45,258 nucleotides of DNA from Candidatus Eiseniibacteriota bacterium (GTDB lineage: Bacteria; Eisenbacteria; RBG-16-71-46): positions 1-45,258 of the forward strand of contig JANLWX010000067.1 of the NCBI GenBank assembly GCA_031364845.1, read 5' to 3'. The translations under genes and the position numbers were made by a program. Below the pieces are notes generated by a model. The model saw only the letters and a list, made by a program, of their open reading frames with translations. It was not told the origin of the DNA and ran no database searches. This document shows, piece after piece, positions 1-7,891 of this stretch. Every line of letters begins with the position of its first letter. The stretch's first letter is position 1.

Positions 1-2
1 AG

Positions 3-287
3 CAGCTGTACGAAGTCGAGGGTGATCAGTTCGACATCGACGACAAGATCGCGATGATCGTCAATGCGCTCACCGACCGGCGCAGCCTGTCGTTCGCCGA
101 GCTGTTGTTTCAGTGCCGTGGCCGCTCCGAGATGATCGTGACGTTCATGGCGCTGCTGGAGATGATCAAGCAGGGCCAGGCCCGCGTGATCCAGGCGGAC
201 AACTTCTCGGACATCACCATCCTGCCCCCGACCGAAGAAGAGGAGACCGTTGCCGATGCCTCCGACTCAACTGAACGCCGCGATTGA
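3..287 (+). CDS. scpA: Segregation and condensation protein A (kleisin), 3' part only; 5' end lies outside the window
   Basis: Open frame from position 3; C-terminal motif 'SFAELL...EMIVTFMALLEMIKQG...QADNFSDI' typical of ScpA; overlaps scpB. Confidence 0.9.
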   Translation, partial: QLYEVEGDQFDIDDKIAMIVNALTDRRSLSFAELLFQCRGRSEMIVTFMALLEMIKQGQARVIQADNFSDITILPPTEEEETVADASDSTERRD

Positions 288-1431
288 AGCGCTGCTGTTC
301 TCGTCGGATCAGCCGCTTCCGCTCGGTCTGATGAGCGAGGCGCTGGATACGACCTCAGAAGACGTGCTCACCGCGCTGCAGTCGCTCGGTGAGACCTACA
401 GTTCGCGCCAGTCCGGCGTGGAACTGCGCGAGATCGCCGGCGGCTGGATGCTGGTGACCACCCCCGAACAGTCCGAATGGGTCGGACGACTGCTGCGCGG
501 CAAGAAGAAGATGCGTCTGTCGCGTGCCGGACTGGAGACCATGGCGATCATTGCCTACAAGCAGCCCGTGACGAAGTCGGAAGTCGAGGCGATCCGCGGT
601 GTGGATTCGAGCGGCGTGCTGGCGACGCTGCTCGAGCGCAATCTCGTGACGATCCGCGGCCGTTCGAAGGTCGTCGGCCGTCCGCTGCTGTATGGAACGA
701 CGCAGGAGTTCCTCGAGTACTTCGGACTGCGCGATCTCGCCGAGCTGCCGCGGCCGGAAGAACTCCGCGCCTTGGTCGCCGCGCGCGAGCCGGAACAGCT
801 CGAGATGATGGAGCTGGAGGTCGTCTCCCAGGTCGCCTCCGAACTCGCGGCGGCCGAAGCCGTGGCCGGGCCGGGTGTGCGGCATCAGGTGCTTCCACTC
901 GAAGCGGAACCGCCGACCGAGGACGAGCGCGCGGCCGACGGCATGCTCGCCGGTGACGAGTTCGAGTCGGGCCCCGGCGACGATGAAGACGAGGACGAGG
1001 AGGAGGACGACGACGACCTCGAGGACGACGATCTCGAAGAGGACGACGACGACCTCGATGACGACGAGGATGATGCGGACGACGACGACGATGAAGAGGA
1101 CGACGACATCATCGACGACGAGGAATACGACGAAGTCGAGGACGACGACGTCAGCGCCGACACCGGCAACGGTCTCGATGTCGGTGACGAGGCCGATGAC
1201 GATGACGCCATCGACGACGATGATGACGAAGACGAAGACGATGAAGAGGACGACGACGATCTCGACGACGATGATCTCGACGACGACGACGAACTCGAAG
1301 ACGACGAACTGGACGAAGAGCCGTTCGAGAAGGACGAGATCCTGAATCGGGGCGAACGCGGCGTTCCGGTCGGCGCCGGTGACGGCAGCCCGGACGCGGA
1401 CGACGAACCCCGCGGCTCCGGCCGCCGGTGA
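256..1431 (+). CDS. scpB: Segregation and condensation protein B with long acidic C-terminal extension
   Basis: 'AAIEALLFSSDQPL', 'LSRAGLETMAIIAYKQPVTKSEVEAIRGV', 'GRPLLYGTTQEFLEYFGL'; ATG at 256 after AGGAGA. Confidence 0.95.
   Translation: MPPTQLNAAIEALLFSSDQPLPLGLMSEALDTTSEDVLTALQSLGETYSSRQSGVELREIAGGWMLVTTPEQSEWVGRLLRGKKKMRLSRAGLETMAIIAYKQPVTKSEVEAIRGVDSSGVLATLLERNLVTIRGRSKVVGRPLLYGTTQEFLEYFGLRDLAELPRPEELRALVAAREPEQLEMMELEVVSQVASELAAAEAVAGPGVRHQVLPLEAEPPTEDERAADGMLAGDEFESGPGDDEDEDEEEDDDDLEDDDLEEDDDDLDDDEDDADDDDDEEDDDIIDDEEYDEVEDDDVSADTGNGLDVGDEADDDDAIDDDDDEDEDDEEDDDDLDDDDLDDDDELEDDELDEEPFEKDEILNRGERGVPVGAGDGSPDADDEPRGSGRR
979..1320 (+). repeat. Low-complexity (GAC/GAT/GAG/GAA)n tract encoding a poly-Asp/Glu tail with periodic Leu
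   Basis: About 114 codons, roughly 89 Asp/Glu by my count; recurring DDDDL/EDDDL units. Confidence 0.95.
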
Positions 1432-3080
1432 GCGTCCGGCTCAACAAGCTGCTCGCCCAGCGGGGGATCGGCGCGCGCCGCAAGTGTGACGCGCTGATTG
1501 AATCCGGCGTCGTGAAGGTGAACGGCGTCGTGGTGCGCGAGCCGGGTTCGCAGGTCAATCCCGAGATCGACCGCATCGATGTCGCGGGCCGGCGCCTGCC
1601 CCCGCAGCCGGAATTGCGCTACTACGCGCTCAACAAGCCGGTCGGAGTGATCACGACACTCAACGATCCCGAAGGCCGCCGCACGCTGCGTGAATTCCTG
1701 CCGCCGGGTTCGCGCGTGTATCCGGTCGGGCGTCTCGACGCCGACACGAGCGGGCTTTTGATCCTCACGAACGACGGCGAACTCGCGCACAAGCTCATGC
1801 ATCCGCGCTATGGCGTCGAGAAGCACTATCGCGTGCGCGTCGACCGCGAGCCGAATCCGGCCGAAGTCGGCAAGCTCGCGAAGGGCGTCGAATTCGAACC
1901 CGGCGTCGTGAGCGCGCCCGCGCAGGTCCGCGTGCTGGAGACCACCGATCGCGGCACGATGATCAGTCTCACGATCCATGAAGGCCGCTACCGGCAGGTG
2001 CGCCGCATGTGCGAAGCCGTGGGACTCACGGTGCTCACGCTGCATCGCGCGGGCTACGGTCCGGTTCGGCTGGGTCCGCTGCCGCGCGGCGTGTGGCGCG
2101 AACTGTCCGACGACGAGGTCGCATCGTTGCGCTCGGCTTCGGCGCGCCCGCAGGCGCGAAGCGGAGGCCCGCGACTCACGCAATTCGATCGGATCCAGCG
2201 CCGCGCCACGTCCGATCGCGCTGCCGAGCGGCGCACCGAGCGCGCGCGAACCGATCAGCTTCGCGACGAGCATCGGGCGCGCAACAGTCGCAAGACGCCG
2301 CGCGACTCCGAGCTCATGGGTGAGGGGCCTGCGGGTGAGGAAGGATCGCGTCCCGCGCGATCGGCCGGCTTCGATGCTCCGCGCGGGGGAGTACGCAAGC
2401 GGCCCGCAGCGCGAGGGCCGAGGCCCGATGCCTCGCGCGGCGAGGAACGCCCGCGTCCATCGCGAGGAGAGGGACGTCCGCGTCCGGAATCGCGGAGCGG
2501 TGGGTTTGGTGCACCGCGAGGCGAAGGACGTCCGCGTCCAGAATCGCGAGGCGGTGGATTTGGTGCGCCGCGTGGCGCCGGCCGGCCGCGTCCCGATTCG
2601 CGTGGCGAAGGTCGTCCGCGCCCTGGTGCCGGTGGTCCACGGCCTACAGCGCCACGTTCAGGATTTGCTGGTTCACGTCCCGGCACCGGAAGTGCACGCC
2701 CGCGTTCCACCGGACCGCGCACCGGATTCGCAGGTTCGCGCCCGAGCACTGGTGGCCCGCGTCCCCGCCCGGGTGCCGGCGGCCCGCGTCCCACCGGACC
2801 GCGCACCGGATTCGCAGGTTCACGTCCGAGCACCGGTGGCCCGCGTCCGCGTCCAGGTGCCGGCGGTCCGCGTCCGACCGGATCGCGCACCGGATTCGCA
2901 GGCTCGCGACCGGGATCCTCGGGTCCACGCCCCGGAACTTCCGGACCCCGTCGCCCCGCAGGACCTCCGCGATCGGGACCTTCGAGTTCGCGTCCCGGCG
3001 GTGCCCCTCCGCGGGGCAAACCCCCACGGGGTGGACGATCCGGCCCACCCGGCAGGCCCGGCGGTCGCCCGCGCGGCTGA
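1428..3080 (+). CDS. rluB: rRNA pseudouridine synthase, RsuA/RluB family, with long Arg/Gly/Pro-rich tail
   Basis: S4 domain 'VRLNKLLAQRGIGARRKCDALI', 'LNKPVG', catalytic 'VGRLDADTSGLLILTNDGE', 'EGRYRQVRRM'; scpA-scpB-rluB synteny; GTGA overlap with scpB. Confidence 0.92.
   Translation: MSVRLNKLLAQRGIGARRKCDALIESGVVKVNGVVVREPGSQVNPEIDRIDVAGRRLPPQPELRYYALNKPVGVITTLNDPEGRRTLREFLPPGSRVYPVGRLDADTSGLLILTNDGELAHKLMHPRYGVEKHYRVRVDREPNPAEVGKLAKGVEFEPGVVSAPAQVRVLETTDRGTMISLTIHEGRYRQVRRMCEAVGLTVLTLHRAGYGPVRLGPLPRGVWRELSDDEVASLRSASARPQARSGGPRLTQFDRIQRRATSDRAAERRTERARTDQLRDEHRARNSRKTPRDSELMGEGPAGEEGSRPARSAGFDAPRGGVRKRPAARGPRPDASRGEERPRPSRGEGRPRPESRSGGFGAPRGEGRPRPESRGGGFGAPRGAGRPRPDSRGEGRPRPGAGGPRPTAPRSGFAGSRPGTGSARPRSTGPRTGFAGSRPSTGGPRPRPGAGGPRPTGPRTGFAGSRPSTGGPRPRPGAGGPRPTGSRTGFAGSRPGSSGPRPGTSGPRRPAGPPRSGPSSSRPGGAPPRGKPPRGGRSGPPGRPGGRPRG
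2463..2624 (+). repeat. Imperfect 54-bp tandem repeat (RGEGRPRPESRxGGFGAP), two full copies and a diverged third
   Basis: Unit starts at 2463, 2517, 2571. Confidence 0.85.
2709..2915 (+). repeat. Imperfect 84-bp tandem repeat (TGPRTGFAGSRPSTGGPRPRPGAGGPRP), about 2.5 copies plus a diverged upstream copy
   Basis: Unit starts at 2709, 2793, 2877; copies differ mainly at third codon positions. Confidence 0.9.
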
Positions 3081-3134
3081 GCCGCACCCGCTGCAGTTCG
3101 CATCAAGCCTCGCGCTGACCCCTTAAGATAACGC

Positions 3135-3152
3135 CGGCGAACCACTTCGCCG
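3135..3152 (+). terminator. Short hairpin downstream of rluB, possible terminator or processing stem
   Basis: CGGCGAA-ccac-TTCGCCG perfect 7-bp stem; no U tract. Confidence 0.3.
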
Positions 3153-3328
3153 CGTTGCGTCATGCATCGGATGACTCCGGCGAACGCACCCCCGGCACAC
3201 TGCGCGCGGGAACGGATCCTGCGCTACGACTTCGGTGACGATGGGGTGTCTTCCTCCGAGCGCCCCGTCGTCACGGGTCCGCCGCAGGAAGCAATGCCTG
3301 CACAGAACTCACCGGAGTTCACATCCAC

Positions 3329-3880
3329 GTGCAGACTTCCTTCCAGCGTCCGACTGCTTCCGACTCCTCTGCAGATACCGGAATCCTTCCCGCCTCCATC
3401 GGTGTAGAACACTTCGAAGCGCCCGTCCCGCGTGCCTCGTCCTGGAAAGCATGGCTTCTGATCGTGCTCGGGGCCGTGAGCCTGGTGGGGCAGGGCGAAC
3501 GGTGTCACGTGGATCCGCAGTTGCGATCGCCGGGTTCGTCGATCGCGTCCTACTGGCAGGCGCTTCAATTGAACGATGCAGAACGCGTGGCGGCCTGTTC
3601 GCTGGTCTCCGATCCGCGGTATCCGTTTCCAGGAATGTTGTGGGCGTTTCCGAACACGCACGCGCTGGCGATCACGCATCTCCGCTACGTGCCGATCGAC
3701 GCCGATCATGTGATCGTTTCGTACGACGTGGTGTTCCGGCCGGTCGGAGGCGAACAGGATCATACGCTGGCGGTGATGACCGAAGTCGTGCGCGTTCGTG
3801 GAGAGTGGCGCGTCGCGCGACCGCTGACGGAAACCGGGATCCTCAACGGTCAGCCACCACCGACGAGGGTTGACATCTGA
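3329..3880 (+). CDS. Hypothetical membrane-anchored/exported protein, possibly NTF2-like
   Basis: Hydrophobic 'WLLIVLGAVSLVG', then 'SPGSSIASYWQALQLND...VVRVRGEWRV' pattern; fills the gap before the porV-like gene; start uncertain. Confidence 0.65.
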   Translation: MQTSFQRPTASDSSADTGILPASIGVEHFEAPVPRASSWKAWLLIVLGAVSLVGQGERCHVDPQLRSPGSSIASYWQALQLNDAERVAACSLVSDPRYPFPGMLWAFPNTHALAITHLRYVPIDADHVIVSYDVVFRPVGGEQDHTLAVMTEVVRVRGEWRVARPLTETGILNGQPPPTRVDI

Positions 3881-3899
3881 TTGCGGCGGCTTCTACGCT
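3870..3899 (+). promoter_or_regulatory. Sigma70-type promoter for the porV-like gene
   Basis: TTGACA (3870-3875) N18 TACGCT (3894-3899). Confidence 0.55.
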
Positions 3900-3938
3900 T
3901 CCGTACTCACGACTGGCCGAAACGCTGATCGAGGAAGA

Positions 3939-5066
3939 ATGATCCGAAGCATGACCCGCCAAATCCTAGCGCTGTCGGTCGCGATCGCCGCCCTGTTGTG
4001 TGCGGCTCCCGCTTCGGCCACCAAGTATGCGGGAGAGTTCCTCAAGATTCCCGTGGGCCCGCGCGCCATCGGCCTGGGTGGAGCGTTCACGGCCATTGCC
4101 GATGACGCGACCGCCCCTTACTGGAACCCCGCCGGCATGGTGTACCTGCCCTATCGCGAGGTCGTGTTCCAGCATCAGGAGAAATTCGGCAGCCTGCTCA
4201 ACCACGACTACCTGAGCATCGTCTACCCGCTCGGCGGCACGAAGGAAAAGCATTCGGCCCTGGGACTGTCGCTGATCCGGCTCGCGACCGACGACATTCC
4301 CGTGACCCCGCGTCCGGGAGGCCTCGTCGCGGGACGCGACTTCCTCGACTTCGGAACCGACAATGACGAGACCACACCCGGCGGCGGTCAGGGCAACGGT
4401 GCCTGGGATCCGGGCGAGCGTCTGCTGCTCACTGCCGACGATCTGTTCCTCGCGAGCGCCAACGACATGGCGGTGATGGTTTCGTACGCGCGCCAGCGCG
4501 GCACCCACTTCTCGTTCGGCGGCAACCTCAAGTTCGTGCGCCAGAGCATTCCCGACACGCTTCCCGGTGAGCACGCGACTTCGTTCGGTGCCGGAGTCGA
4601 CTTCGGCGCGTTGTGGATGCCGGCTGACGCGATGACGTTCGGGCTCACGGTGCACGACCTCACGACGACCTACCTCGCGTGGAGCAACGGCACGCGCGAA
4701 TTGATCGTGCCCACGGTCGACACCGGTGCCGCGTTCAACTTCCTCCCGGCGAAGGGACACGCGCTCACGTGGGGCGTGGATGTCGCATGGGGATTCGAGA
4801 GGCGCAAACTCGATTCGCAGCTCTCGGCCGGCGGACAGACGTGGGACTTCCGCACCGGGCTCGAGTACTGGTACAAGAACACCTTCGCCCTGCGCAGCGG
4901 GCTCGCGGGCAAGGACGTGACCTTCGGCGCGGGCGTGCGCTACAAGCACTTCGGCGCCGACTATGCGGCGCAGCTGAACCGCTTCTTCGCCGCGGACGCC
5001 GCGGACTTTCCGGGCGACCAGGAACTCGACGCGACCCACCTCGTCGCGCTCAACATGAGCTGGTAG
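3939..5066 (+). CDS. PorV/PorQ (UPF0164)-family outer-membrane beta-barrel
   Basis: Signal peptide ending APASA; 'FLKIPVGPRAIGLGGAFTAIADDATAPYWNPAG'; amphipathic strands; C-terminal Trp. Start 3939 or 3951. Confidence 0.85.
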   Translation: MIRSMTRQILALSVAIAALLCAAPASATKYAGEFLKIPVGPRAIGLGGAFTAIADDATAPYWNPAGMVYLPYREVVFQHQEKFGSLLNHDYLSIVYPLGGTKEKHSALGLSLIRLATDDIPVTPRPGGLVAGRDFLDFGTDNDETTPGGGQGNGAWDPGERLLLTADDLFLASANDMAVMVSYARQRGTHFSFGGNLKFVRQSIPDTLPGEHATSFGAGVDFGALWMPADAMTFGLTVHDLTTTYLAWSNGTRELIVPTVDTGAAFNFLPAKGHALTWGVDVAWGFERRKLDSQLSAGGQTWDFRTGLEYWYKNTFALRSGLAGKDVTFGAGVRYKHFGADYAAQLNRFFAADAADFPGDQELDATHLVALNMSW

Positions 5067-5101
5067 TCCCGCCCGGCGCGCCACGCGCCCCGACCGCAGG
5101 C

Positions 5102-5140
5102 ACGAGCGCCCGTTCGAATCCGAGCGGGCGCTCGTCCTTT
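5102..5140 (+). terminator. Probable intrinsic terminator after the porV-like gene
   Basis: ACGAGCGCCCGTTCG-aatc-CGAGCGGGCGCTCGT (15 bp, one GU) followed by CCTTT. Confidence 0.7.
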
Positions 5141-5172
5141 GCGCCGCGGACCGCCCGAAGCGCCGCCCGGCC

Positions 5173-5201
5173 TTGACGGAGAACACCGCGCTTCATAGTG
5201 T
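5173..5201 (+). promoter_or_regulatory. Sigma70-type promoter of the glgC pair
   Basis: TTGACG (5173-5178) N17 TAGTGT (5196-5201); GGAGG RBS before ATG 5279. Confidence 0.6.
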
Positions 5202-5278
5202 GCCGCCTTGCATGATCGAGTCACGCGGCGGCCCGTTCGATCGCCGTTCGCGCCACACGGAACGGCCGGAGGAACGCG

Positions 5279-6538
5279 ATGACGGACGCGATGGCGCTGG
5301 TGCTCTCGGGCGGGGGCGGTGAGCGTCTCGGAGTCCTGTCCGCCGAGCGCGCGGTGAGCGCGGTCCCGTTCGGCGGCAAGTACCGCATCGTCGACTTCGT
5401 GCTCAGCAACTGCTGCCACTCGGGCATCGAACAGGTCGGGCTCGTCACGCAGCACGTGCCGACTTCACTGCACGATCATGTCGGAGCCGGCCGCCCGTGG
5501 GATCTCGATCGGCGCGCCGGCGGAATCCTGATCCTCCAGCCCTATCAGACCCGCAGCCAGTTCGGATGGTATCGCGGCACTGCCGACGCGCTTGCCCAGA
5601 ACTGGGACGCGATCGAGGAGCGGCGCCCCGAGCGCGTGCTGGTGCTGTCGGGCGACCACGTCTATCGCATGAACTATCGCGCGCTGTTGCAGACCCATCG
5701 TGACCGGCGCGCGGCGCTGACCATGGCGGTGACGCGGGTTCCCGCGTCGCAGGCGCATCGCTTCGGCATGGTGACGCTCGATCGCGACGGCCGGCTGCTG
5801 ACGCTGATCGAGAAGCCGGAGCATGCGACCACGCCTTACGCTTCGATGGGGATCTATGTGTTCGAGTACGAAGTACTCGGCGAGCTCTTGCGCCCGCGTC
5901 CGGTCGATCTCGTTCACGACGTGCTGCGCCCGCTGCTCCAGAGCGGCGCGCGTGTATATGCGCACGAGTTCAGCGGCTACTGGGAGGACGTCGGCGCGGT
6001 GAGCTCCTACTACCACGCCAACCTCGAGCTGCTGGCACCCGAGCCGCGGCTGGTGTTGCACGACACGCGCTGGCCGATCCTCACGCGCGACGAAGAGCGC
6101 GCTCCGGTGCGCGTGTTCGAAGGCGCTTCAATCGAGGACAGCCTGGTGGCCAACGGCTGCCGCGTGCACGGCACGGTGCGGCATTCGGTGCTGTTCCCGG
6201 GCGTCACCGTCGAAGCGGGGGCCGTGATCACCGATTCGGTCGTGATGGCCGACGTCACGGTCGGAGCGAGAGCGCAGGTCGACCGCGCGATCCTCGACAA
6301 GTACGCGCGCATCGGGGAAGGCGCGCGCATCGGCGTCGGGAACGCGCCCGACGATCATTCGTGCGCGTGGCTCGACGGGCTCACGCTGGTCGGCAAGGAC
6401 GCGCACGTGCCGGGCGGGTCGGCGGTCGGCAAATGCGCCGTGATCGGGATCGGCGCGCGTCAGGAGGATTTCGGCAGCTCGACGGTGGTACCCGGCAGCC
6501 GAACCCCCAATCGCTCGTGGTTCCAGGAGCTGCGATGA
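5279..6538 (+). CDS. glgC: ADP-glucose pyrophosphorylase family subunit with degenerate active site (GlgD-like candidate)
   Basis: 'LSGGGGERL...RAVSAVPFGGKYRIVDF', 'WYRGTADA', 'LSGDHVY', 'IEKP', 'YWEDVG', C-terminal beta-helix. Confidence 0.85.
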   Translation: MTDAMALVLSGGGGERLGVLSAERAVSAVPFGGKYRIVDFVLSNCCHSGIEQVGLVTQHVPTSLHDHVGAGRPWDLDRRAGGILILQPYQTRSQFGWYRGTADALAQNWDAIEERRPERVLVLSGDHVYRMNYRALLQTHRDRRAALTMAVTRVPASQAHRFGMVTLDRDGRLLTLIEKPEHATTPYASMGIYVFEYEVLGELLRPRPVDLVHDVLRPLLQSGARVYAHEFSGYWEDVGAVSSYYHANLELLAPEPRLVLHDTRWPILTRDEERAPVRVFEGASIEDSLVANGCRVHGTVRHSVLFPGVTVEAGAVITDSVVMADVTVGARAQVDRAILDKYARIGEGARIGVGNAPDDHSCAWLDGLTLVGKDAHVPGGSAVGKCAVIGIGARQEDFGSSTVVPGSRTPNRSWFQELR

Positions 6539-7812
6539 GCAGCTCGCGCTACGCATTCATCCTCGCCGGTGGCGTCGGCAGCCGCTTGTGCCTGTTGTCC
6601 GAGCGGCGCGCGAAGCCCGCGGTCCCGTTCGCCGGCAAGTACCGCATCATCGACTTCACGCTCTCCAATTGCGTGAACTCGGGCATCTACGACATCGGCG
6701 TGCTCACGCAGTACCGGCCGACCTCGCTCAACCGCCACATCGCAACCGGCCGTCCGTGGGATCTCGACCGCACGCACGGTGGCGTCCAGATCCTGCAGCC
6801 CTCGCTCGGCGCGATCGACAGCGACTGGTATCAGGGCACCGCCGACGCGATCTATCGCAACCTCGCACATCTGCGCCGGCGGCGCGTCGAGCACGTGCTC
6901 GTGCTCTCGGGCGACCACATCTACACGATGGACTACAACGAACTGTACGCGTTCCACGAAGCCAACCACGCCTCGGTCACCGTGGCGGTCACGGAAGTGC
7001 CCGAGGATCAGACGAATCAGTTCGGCATCTTGGAGACCGACGCCGCCGGCCGCATCGTCGGGTTCGAAGAGAAGCCCAAGCATGCGCGATCGCGACTCGC
7101 GTCGATGGGCGTGTATCTGTTCAACCGCGACGCGCTGATTCAATGGCTGGTGGAGGATGCCGCGCGTCCCGGATCACGCCACGACTTCGGCAAGGACCTG
7201 CTGCCGCTGCTGGTTCAGCGCGGCGAGCCGGTCTACGCGCATCGATTCAACCAGTACTGGCAGGATGTCGGAACGCTCGACTCGTACTACCAGACCAGCC
7301 TCGAATTGCTGGACGATCGTCCGCCGATCGACCTCGGCAATCCGGAATGGGTGATCCACACGCAGAGCGCCGACCGGCCGCCGGTGCGATTCGAGCACGG
7401 CTGCCGCGTGGAACGCAGCCTGGTGGCGAACGGCTGCCGGATCGCGGGCGAGGTGACGGGTTCAGTGCTGTTCCCAGGCGTCACGGTCCCGAAGGGGGCA
7501 GTGATCCGCGACAGCATCGTGATGCACGATACGGTGCTCGGCCGCTCGGCGATCGTCGAGCGCGCGATCATCGACAAGGAAGTCGAGATCGGCGAAGGCG
7601 CGCGGATCGGATTCGGCGACGATCAAACGCCGAATCGCGGATGCCCCGAGCATCTGTCGAGCGGATTGTGCGTGGTGGGCAAGGGCGCGCATCTGCCGGA
7701 CAACATCACGATCGGACGCAACGCCCGAATCGGAGCCCACGTGACGCGCGCGTTCTTCACCGCGGACGTGCCCTCGGGCGGAGTCGTGGATGGGCCTGAG
7801 TCGATGCATTAG
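6535..7812 (+). CDS. glgC: Glucose-1-phosphate adenylyltransferase (ADP-glucose pyrophosphorylase)
   Basis: 'LAGGVGSRL...[17 protein letters not shown]', 'WYQGTADA', 'FEEKP', 'HDFGKDLLP', 'YWQDVGT'; ATGA overlap with the upstream copy. Confidence 0.95.
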   Translation: MSSSRYAFILAGGVGSRLCLLSERRAKPAVPFAGKYRIIDFTLSNCVNSGIYDIGVLTQYRPTSLNRHIATGRPWDLDRTHGGVQILQPSLGAIDSDWYQGTADAIYRNLAHLRRRRVEHVLVLSGDHIYTMDYNELYAFHEANHASVTVAVTEVPEDQTNQFGILETDAAGRIVGFEEKPKHARSRLASMGVYLFNRDALIQWLVEDAARPGSRHDFGKDLLPLLVQRGEPVYAHRFNQYWQDVGTLDSYYQTSLELLDDRPPIDLGNPEWVIHTQSADRPPVRFEHGCRVERSLVANGCRIAGEVTGSVLFPGVTVPKGAVIRDSIVMHDTVLGRSAIVERAIIDKEVEIGEGARIGFGDDQTPNRGCPEHLSSGLCVVGKGAHLPDNITIGRNARIGAHVTRAFFTADVPSGGVVDGPESMH

Positions 7813-7816
7813 CGCA

Positions 7817-7839
7817 GCGGCGCGTCGAAGACGCGCCGC
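7817..7839. terminator. GC-rich hairpin between convergent glgC and mltD-like genes
   Basis: GCGGCGCGTC-gaa-GACGCGCCGC perfect 10-bp stem. Confidence 0.6.
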
Positions 7840-7891
7840 AAGCCTTGATGAGGAGGTGACCATCATGTCGACGAAGATGGCGTGCCCGCGA

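Noticed and set aside
885..2273. 462-aa minus-strand ORF with poly-Ser, and the plus-strand poly-Thr ORF 875..1345
   Set aside because: Alternative-frame readings of the GAC repeat in scpB; no independent coding evidence
2463..2915. Regularly spaced repeats as a CRISPR array
   Set aside because: In-frame coding tandem repeats without unique spacers; no cas genes
3273..3295. Resemblance to SRP RNA helix 8 (GGTCC...GGAAGCA) and to TPP-riboswitch fragments
   Set aside because: No GNRA tetraloop and no CAGG/AGCAG match; TPP CTGAGA and GAACCTGA motifs absent
5110..5125. GTTCGAATCC tRNA T-loop-like sequence (also GGTTCGAATC at 17544-17553)
   Set aside because: No T-stem or cloverleaf can be formed; the first lies in a terminator hairpin
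6361..6534. Long N-terminal extensions in the ORF track for glgC-2, mltD, purN, HAD, purH, lipid kinase, dapA, dapB and others
   Set aside because: Better downstream starts exist with an RBS or stop/start overlaps at family-typical N-termini
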